Assembly: GCA_964488255.1 (NCBI GenBank)
Contig: CAZAUR010000018.1
Coordinates: 6,596-70,595 of the forward strand
From: an uncultured Spirochaetaceae bacterium
Lineage (GTDB): Bacteria > Myxococcota_A > UBA9160 > UBA4427
Length of the DNA: 64,000 nt
Reading direction: 5' to 3'
In this document: positions 58,574-64,000 of the stretch, piece by piece
Layout: every line of letters begins with the position of its first letter
Position numbering within the stretch: the stretch's first letter is position 1
Program-made: the position numbers and the translations under genes
Notes under the pieces: model-generated
Told to the model about the DNA's origin: nothing
Databases searched by the model: none
The model's input: the letters and a program-made list of their open reading frames with translations, nothing else

Positions 58574-59228
58574 GCGAATACCCTCGACCGCGGACGGTTC
58601 GAATGGCCGACCCGACCCCTTCGGCTTCGAGCTTTCGGCGCAGCCGGTTCACGTGCACATCGACGACGTTCGTCGCGGGCTCGAAGTCGTAGCCCCAGAC
58701 TTCCCGCAGGAGGCTGCCCCGATTGACGATCTGGCCGTCGGAGCGGGCGAGCATCGCGAGCAGACCGAACTCGATGGGGGTCAGTTCGAGACGACTGCCC
58801 CGCGCGGCAGCGACGCGCCGCACCATGTCGATTTCGAGCGCTCCGACCGAGAAGCGCGTCGCCTCGAGTCGGGGGCGCCGCTCGAGTGCGCGGAGGCGCG
58901 CCGCGAGCTCGGCGAATGCAAAAGGCTTGACGAGATAGTCGTCGGCTCCGCGATCGAGGCCCTCGACGCGATCTTCGAGCGCTCCCCGCGCCGTCAAGAT
59001 CAGACAGGACGCTTCGGGATGGCGGTCACGGATCTGCGTAAGGACGTCGTAACCGGACCCGTCGGGCAACCCGAGGTCGAGAACTGCGGCATCGAGCGAG
59101 CGGGTCTCGAGCGCGATCGCCGCGGATGCGACGCCGTCGGCAATGAGAACCTCGTGGCCTTCTCGCTCCAATCCTACGCGAAGCGCCTCGGCCGTCTCCT
59201 TGTCGTCTTCCAGAACGAGGATCTTCAT
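58566..59228 (-). CDS. OmpR-family response regulator (CusR/CzcR-like)
   Basis: ILVLEDD, LDLGLPDGSG, GADDYLVKPFAFAEL.ARL, TNVVDVHVNRLRRK. Confidence 0.95.
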   Translation of the reverse strand: MKILVLEDDKETAEALRVGLEREGHEVLIADGVASAAIALETRSLDAAVLDLGLPDGSGYDVLTQIRDRHPEASCLILTARGALEDRVEGLDRGADDYLVKPFAFAELAARLRALERRPRLEATRFSVGALEIDMVRRVAAARGSRLELTPIEFGLLAMLARSDGQIVNRGSLLREVWGYDFEPATNVVDVHVNRLRRKLEAEGVGSAIRTVRGRGYSLA

Positions 59229-59286
59229 CCGAACACCTGAGGCGGGAGTCTAGCCGCGCCTCGCGAATGCGGAGGACGTCGGCCGC

Positions 59287-59302
59287 ATGACGATCCGTTC
59301 AT
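59287..59302. promoter_or_regulatory. CusR/CopR-like box candidate
   Basis: ATGACGATCCGTTCAT resembles ATGACA-N4-TGTCAT and lies in the 113-bp divergent gap between the regulator and tolC. Confidence 0.4.
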
Positions 59303-59341
59303 ATTGGCGGAAGGCAATGGCGTCCCGATCGCGCGGAGCCG

Positions 59342-60721
59342 ATGATGCGGCGCATGGAGGGAGGGCTCGGCAGACGTTCTCGAGGTCGGGCGGTGTGGGT
59401 CGATCGGCGTTCGCACCGCCAGGGCGCACGCCTACTCACGGCTTCGCTCGTGACCGTGCTCGGATGTGCGAATCCCTCGACTGATCCCGATCTGTCCTCG
59501 GAACTCGAGGAGCGCCTTCGAGCCGGCTTCGATCGCCCTCCCGGAACGGAGTTCCAGGTGCCTCCCGAGGTCCGCCTGGACGACGGCCTCTCGGAGAACG
59601 AAGCGGTCGCGCTCGCGCTGTGGAACGAGCCGCGTTTCCGAGAAGCCCTGGTCGGGCTCGAAGTTGCCGAAGCCGATCTGTGGCAGGCGGGTCTGCTGCC
59701 GAATCCGGTCCTCCGGCTGTTCTTTCCGCTCGACGTGAAGCAGTTCGAAGGCACGATGGCGTGGGCCCTCGATGCGCTCTGGACGCGCCCCTGGCGAGTC
59801 GCGTCTGCGCGAAACGTCTGGGGTGAAACGGCGCAGCGGCTCGTCGAAACCGGCCTTCAGACCGCCTCCGCGACGCGCCTCGCGTTCATCGATGCGCGGT
59901 TCGGAGAGGGCAGCGCCGATCTCGCGCAACGTCGCGCGCGCCTCTCCGAACGCTTCGCGGCGATCGTGGCGGCCCGCGCGAAACGCGGAGAGGTGATCGA
60001 GTTCCAGGCCGCGAGCCGGCGGGCGGACGCGCTTCGCGCCCGGGAAGACGCCGTCGCGGCCCGCCAGCGAGCCGATCGCGCACGCATGGCGCTGCGCGCG
60101 GCCGTCGGCGCGGACGAGATGCTCCCCGCGCTCGAACTCGGCAGGGCTCGCGAACTCGAGGAGCCACCGGATGCCGAAGAGGCGAAGCTGCGGGCGCTCG
60201 AAACGCGCCCGGCGATCCTGGCGGCGCGGCTGAGGGTCGACGCCGCGGCCGAGCAGATCGGGCTCGCGAAGCGAAGCGTGGTTCGACTGGGCGTCGTCGT
60301 CGACTCGAATCAGAAGGGCGCGAACGGATGGGAGGTGGGCCCCGGCCTCGACGTCGAGATCCCCCTCTTCGACCGCAACCAGGCGGGAATCGCGCGCGCG
60401 GAGGCGTCGCTCGAGCAAGCGGAGTGGGCCTACGCCGGCGAGCGTCGCCGTGTGTCGATCGAAGTCGCGACAGCCCACCGCGTCTACGCCGACGCGCTCG
60501 GCGCGGTCGAGCGCTGGACCGCCGAAGCGATCCCGGCCGTGATCCGTCGTGCGGAGCTCGCGCGGCGTGCCGAACAGCAGGGCAGTATTCCCTATACCGA
60601 CTTGATCACGGCCGAGCTGCAGCTGGTGGACGCCGAAATCCGCGCGCTCGATCTCGAGACGGCCGCCCGACGTGCACTCGTCGATCTCGAACGTGGCATC
60701 GGCAGGAGGTTCGATGAGTAA
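59342..60721 (+). CDS. TolC-family outer membrane factor (lipoprotein)
   Basis: VLGC lipobox, EAV.LAL.N.P, AGL.PNP, GL...IP.FDRNQ..IARAEA. Confidence 0.92.
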   Translation: MMRRMEGGLGRRSRGRAVWVDRRSHRQGARLLTASLVTVLGCANPSTDPDLSSELEERLRAGFDRPPGTEFQVPPEVRLDDGLSENEAVALALWNEPRFREALVGLEVAEADLWQAGLLPNPVLRLFFPLDVKQFEGTMAWALDALWTRPWRVASARNVWGETAQRLVETGLQTASATRLAFIDARFGEGSADLAQRRARLSERFAAIVAARAKRGEVIEFQAASRRADALRAREDAVAARQRADRARMALRAAVGADEMLPALELGRARELEEPPDAEEAKLRALETRPAILAARLRVDAAAEQIGLAKRSVVRLGVVVDSNQKGANGWEVGPGLDVEIPLFDRNQAGIARAEASLEQAEWAYAGERRRVSIEVATAHRVYADALGAVERWTAEAIPAVIRRAELARRAEQQGSIPYTDLITAELQLVDAEIRALDLETAARRALVDLERGIGRRFDE

Positions 60722-60746
60722 CGTCAGGAGGTTCGATGAGTCACGT
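60703..60746 (+). repeat. 22-bp tandem duplication carrying RBS + ATG
   Basis: CAGGAGGTTCGATGAGTAACGT / CAGGAGGTTCGATGAGTCACGT (21/22 identical). Confidence 0.9.
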
Positions 60747-61917
60747 TGATCGATCGGCTTCGAGACGGGCCGTGGTGCGCGGGCGCGCGGCTGCGCTGGT
60801 CGCCGTGTTCTACTTGCCCGCGGCGATGGCGCTCGCAGCCGGGACCGACGGCCAGCGACCCACCGCCGCCGAACCGGTTGCGGTCGAGAACGAACGCCCG
60901 GAAAGCGAACTCGCACTCGTGAAGCTCGTCCCGCAAGCGGCTGCCCGACTCGGGATCCGGACCGTCGCGATTCGCCGAGAGCCGGTCGTGCGTCGGCGCT
61001 CGGTCGGGGGGGTCGTCATGACACCTGCGGGTCGGATCATTCAGGTCTCCGCGCCGACGGAAGGAAATGTTCTCGGGGTCGATGGCAACGCCTTTCCCTT
61101 CCCGGGCACGAAAGTGCGGGCCGGTGCCGAGCTCCTTCGCCTCCTGGTCGTGTCGGCACCCGAGCTCGCTCGAGCGCGTGAGGTGATCGAGGTCGCGATG
61201 GCTCGCGTGGCCGTTGCGGAGGCCGCCCAATCCACTGACGCGACCCCCGAATCCGAGCTGGAGCTGGCCGAGGCCAGGCGCTCTCTCGCCGCAGCGCGTC
61301 GCCGCCAGCAGGTGCTGACGGGGACCGGGGATGCAGCTGATCTGGCTCCGGTGTCGGTGTCGGCCCCGATCTCGGGGGTCATCCGGTCGCTGATGGTGAG
61401 CCCCGGACAATCCGTTCCGGCCGGGGCGCCCCTCGTCGAGATCGTCGCTACGGATCCGATGTGGGTTCGCACGCCGGTCTTCGCCGGAGACGTCCGCTCG
61501 TTCGCGAGCGATCGCGGCGCGAGTGTTCGCCGGCTCGGTGATCGCGAAGTACGACCGGCGAGCCCGGTTGCAGCCCCGCCCTCAGCGGACCCGGCTCTGG
61601 CTTCCATCGACCTCTACTACTCGGTTCCGAACCCGGATGGCGACCTGCGAGACGGCGAACGCGTGGAAGTGAACCTGGCGATGAAGGGCAAAGATCGCGC
61701 GCTCGTCCTCCCCTATGCGGCCGTCGTCTACGACACGCACGGGGGAACCTGGGTCTACGAAGAAGTCGACGCCCACGTATTCACACGCCGTCGCATCGAC
61801 ATCGCCTTCGTCGACGGCGATCAGGTGATCGCGACGCGCGGCCCCGCCGATGGCGCACGCATCGTCGTCGAGGGTGTCTCGGAGCTCTTCGGCGCCGAGT
61901 TCGGGATCGGTCGATGA
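60736..61917 (+). CDS. RND membrane fusion protein (CzcB/CusB-like)
   Basis: [21 protein letters not shown]....V.PGQ.V.AG.PL.EI, LP..AVVYD.HG..WVY, C-terminal GAELFG-like VSELFGAEF. Confidence 0.92.
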   Translation: MSHVDRSASRRAVVRGRAAALVAVFYLPAAMALAAGTDGQRPTAAEPVAVENERPESELALVKLVPQAAARLGIRTVAIRREPVVRRRSVGGVVMTPAGRIIQVSAPTEGNVLGVDGNAFPFPGTKVRAGAELLRLLVVSAPELARAREVIEVAMARVAVAEAAQSTDATPESELELAEARRSLAAARRRQQVLTGTGDAADLAPVSVSAPISGVIRSLMVSPGQSVPAGAPLVEIVATDPMWVRTPVFAGDVRSFASDRGASVRRLGDREVRPASPVAAPPSADPALASIDLYYSVPNPDGDLRDGERVEVNLAMKGKDRALVLPYAAVVYDTHGGTWVYEEVDAHVFTRRRIDIAFVDGDQVIATRGPADGARIVVEGVSELFGAEFGIGR

Positions 61918-61954
61918 AGTCTCGCTCGCCCGCGTCGCAAGGAACTCCGGCGTC

Positions 61955-64000
61955 ATGAAGTGGATCGTGCAGACAGCGCTCCGGTTCCGAGTGCTCGTCG
62001 TCGCGAGCGCTCTACTGCTGCTGGGATTGGGGCAGCGGCTCCTCCCCGAGACGCCCCTCGATGTCTTTCCGGAGTTCGCACCTCCCCTCGTCGAGATCCA
62101 GACCGAGGCCCCCGGTCTCTCCAGCGAGGACGTCGAGAGCCTGATCACGATGCCGATCGAGAACGGGGTGATCGGCACGCCCTGGATGACCGACATCCGT
62201 TCGAAGTCGGTGCTGGGATTGTCTTCGATCCGACTGATCTTCGATCGTGACGTCGACCTGATGAACGCGCGCCAGCTGGTTCGGGAGCGGCTCGATCAGG
62301 CTGCGCGGGCGCTGCCGGCCGTGGCTCGGCCCCCGGTTCTGCTCTCTCCGCTGTCGTCGACGAGCCGCGTACTCAAGATCGGGCTCTGGTCCGACCGACT
62401 CTCGCGCTCCGAGTTGTCGCAGATCGCGAGATGGAAGATCCGCCCTCGGTTGATGGCGGTCGAGGGCGTCGCCAACGTCGCGATCTGGGGTCAGCGCGAC
62501 CCGCAACTCCAGGTACTCGTCGATCCCGAGCGCCTTCGCACGTTCGGTATCTCCCTCGATCGCGTGATCGCCGCGGCGGGCGAAGCCTCCGCGCTCGGCG
62601 GGGGCGGCTTCATCGACACGCCGAACCAGCGACTCGCGATCGCCTTCGATCGAACGGTCGACACGAGCGCGGATCTCGAAGAGATGCTGCTGGAGTCGGG
62701 GGGTGGCGCGGTCCTGACGCTCGGCGACGTGGCCGATGTCGTAGAGGGCGTCGGGCCTCCGATCGGCGACGCGATCGTCAATGACGTGCCCGGAATCCTG
62801 CTGATCGTCGAAAAGCAACCCTGGGGCAACACGCTCCAGGTCACCCACGAAGTCGAGCGCGTACTCGACGCGTTGCGTCCCGCGCTCGATGGCGTCGAGA
62901 TGGACGCGACGATCTTTCGGCCTGCGACGTTCGTGGAGATGTCGCTCGCGAACCTGCGCACGGCGCTGCTGATCGGCGCAGTGCTCGTCGCCGCGATCCT
63001 CGGGCTGTTTCTATACGAGTGGCGCACGGCGCTGATTAGCATGCTCGCCATGCCGCTCAGCCTCGTCGCGGCCGCCCTCGCGATCCGCTACCAGGGCGGG
63101 ACGATCGACACGATGGTGCTCGCGGGCCTGATCATCGCGCTCGGCGAGGTCGTCGACGACGCGATCATCGACGTCGAAAACGTCCTTCGCAGGCTGCGTC
63201 TCGAGCGCGATCGAGTCGATCCGCGCTCGCCGTTCGAAGTCGTATTGTCCGCGTCGCTCGAGGTGCGCAGCGCCGTTCTCTACGCGAGTCTGATCGTGGC
63301 CGTCGTGCTCGTCCCGGTCTTCCTGCTTCCCGGATTGAGCGGCGCATTCTTCCGTCCCCTGGCGCTCTCCTACATTCTGGCGATCCTCGCGTCTCTCGCC
63401 GTCGCGCTGACCGTGACGCCCGCGCTCTGTCTTCTACTGCTTCCCGGCGCGCTCGATGGCGCGAGGGAAGCGCCCGTCACGACCTGGCTTCGAAAGGGCT
63501 ACCAGCGAGTCTTGCCTCGCGTGATGCGCCCGCGCGCTTCCGTGGCGGTGATCGCTGGCAGCTGCGCCGCGGCGCTCGCCGTTTGGCCGCTGGTGTCGCA
63601 GGAGTTCCTGCCGAACTTCAAGGAGTACGACTTCTTGATGCACTGGGTCGAGAAGCCGAGTGTCGGAATCGAGGCGATGGACCGGATCACGATCCGCGTG
63701 AGCCGCGAGCTGCGTGCCGTGCCCGGCGTACGCAACTTCGGTTCGCACATCGGGCGGGCGGAGGCCGCCGACGAAGTCGTCGGGACCGAGTTCACGGAGC
63801 TCTGGATCAGCCTGGAGCCCGACGTCGACTACGAATCGACCGTCGCGAACGTGCAGGAGATCGTGGACGGTTACCCGGGGCTCCATCGGGATCTCTTGAC
63901 CTATTTGCGAGAACGCATCAAGGAGGTGCTCACCGGCGCTAGCGCTTCGGTGGTCGTCCGGCTCTATGGCGACGATCTCGGAGAATTGCGGAGCGCCGCC
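61955..64000 (+). CDS. CzcA/CusA/HelA-family RND efflux permease, 3' partial
   Basis: [39 protein letters not shown]...[31 protein letters not shown]. Confidence 0.95.
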   Translation, partial: MKWIVQTALRFRVLVVASALLLLGLGQRLLPETPLDVFPEFAPPLVEIQTEAPGLSSEDVESLITMPIENGVIGTPWMTDIRSKSVLGLSSIRLIFDRDVDLMNARQLVRERLDQAARALPAVARPPVLLSPLSSTSRVLKIGLWSDRLSRSELSQIARWKIRPRLMAVEGVANVAIWGQRDPQLQVLVDPERLRTFGISLDRVIAAAGEASALGGGGFIDTPNQRLAIAFDRTVDTSADLEEMLLESGGGAVLTLGDVADVVEGVGPPIGDAIVNDVPGILLIVEKQPWGNTLQVTHEVERVLDALRPALDGVEMDATIFRPATFVEMSLANLRTALLIGAVLVAAILGLFLYEWRTALISMLAMPLSLVAAALAIRYQGGTIDTMVLAGLIIALGEVVDDAIIDVENVLRRLRLERDRVDPRSPFEVVLSASLEVRSAVLYASLIVAVVLVPVFLLPGLSGAFFRPLALSYILAILASLAVALTVTPALCLLLLPGALDGAREAPVTTWLRKGYQRVLPRVMRPRASVAVIAGSCAAALAVWPLVSQEFLPNFKEYDFLMHWVEKPSVGIEAMDRITIRVSRELRAVPGVRNFGSHIGRAEAADEVVGTEFTELWISLEPDVDYESTVANVQEIVDGYPGLHRDLLTYLRERIKEVLTGASASVVVRLYGDDLGELRSAA

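Noticed and set aside
59432-60916. 494-aa minus-strand ORF
   Set aside because: Antisense shadow of tolC.

Overview
This is a 64 kb, high-GC bacterial chromosomal segment with no rRNA, tRNA or CRISPR array recognised. It is dominated by membrane ion, proton and inorganic-carbon functions. Left to right it holds: the end of a degenerate ABC exporter; a DUF6502/DUF5666 pair; a decayed IS66 that truncates a cytochrome-c/TPR-like paralog; a thiolase; trkA-trkH; a porin and SulP; orphan secreted proteins around a two-component system; and dabA (DUF2309). Next come a tetR - SAM methyltransferase - HgcAB-like corrinoid/ferredoxin fusion operon with an MFS gene, dabB plus a NuoM-like subunit, and a NiFe-less hydrogenase-4-related (Ehr) complex with two hyfF copies. 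The right part has NDH-2, an LTA-synthase-like sulfatase, SPFH, ClC, an APC permease, DedA and a CusRS-like two-component system facing a TolC-MFP-CzcA/CusA efflux operon (3' partial). The best candidate for an undescribed system is the translationally coupled TetR/methyltransferase/HgcAB-like operon, which has a variant cap helix (NVWCASSG). It lies between the separated, oppositely oriented halves of a three-component DAB carbon-uptake module. Several genes carry single nonsense or indel lesions, and short perfect tandem duplications are frequent. All family assignments come from motifs read by eye; no database searches were run.
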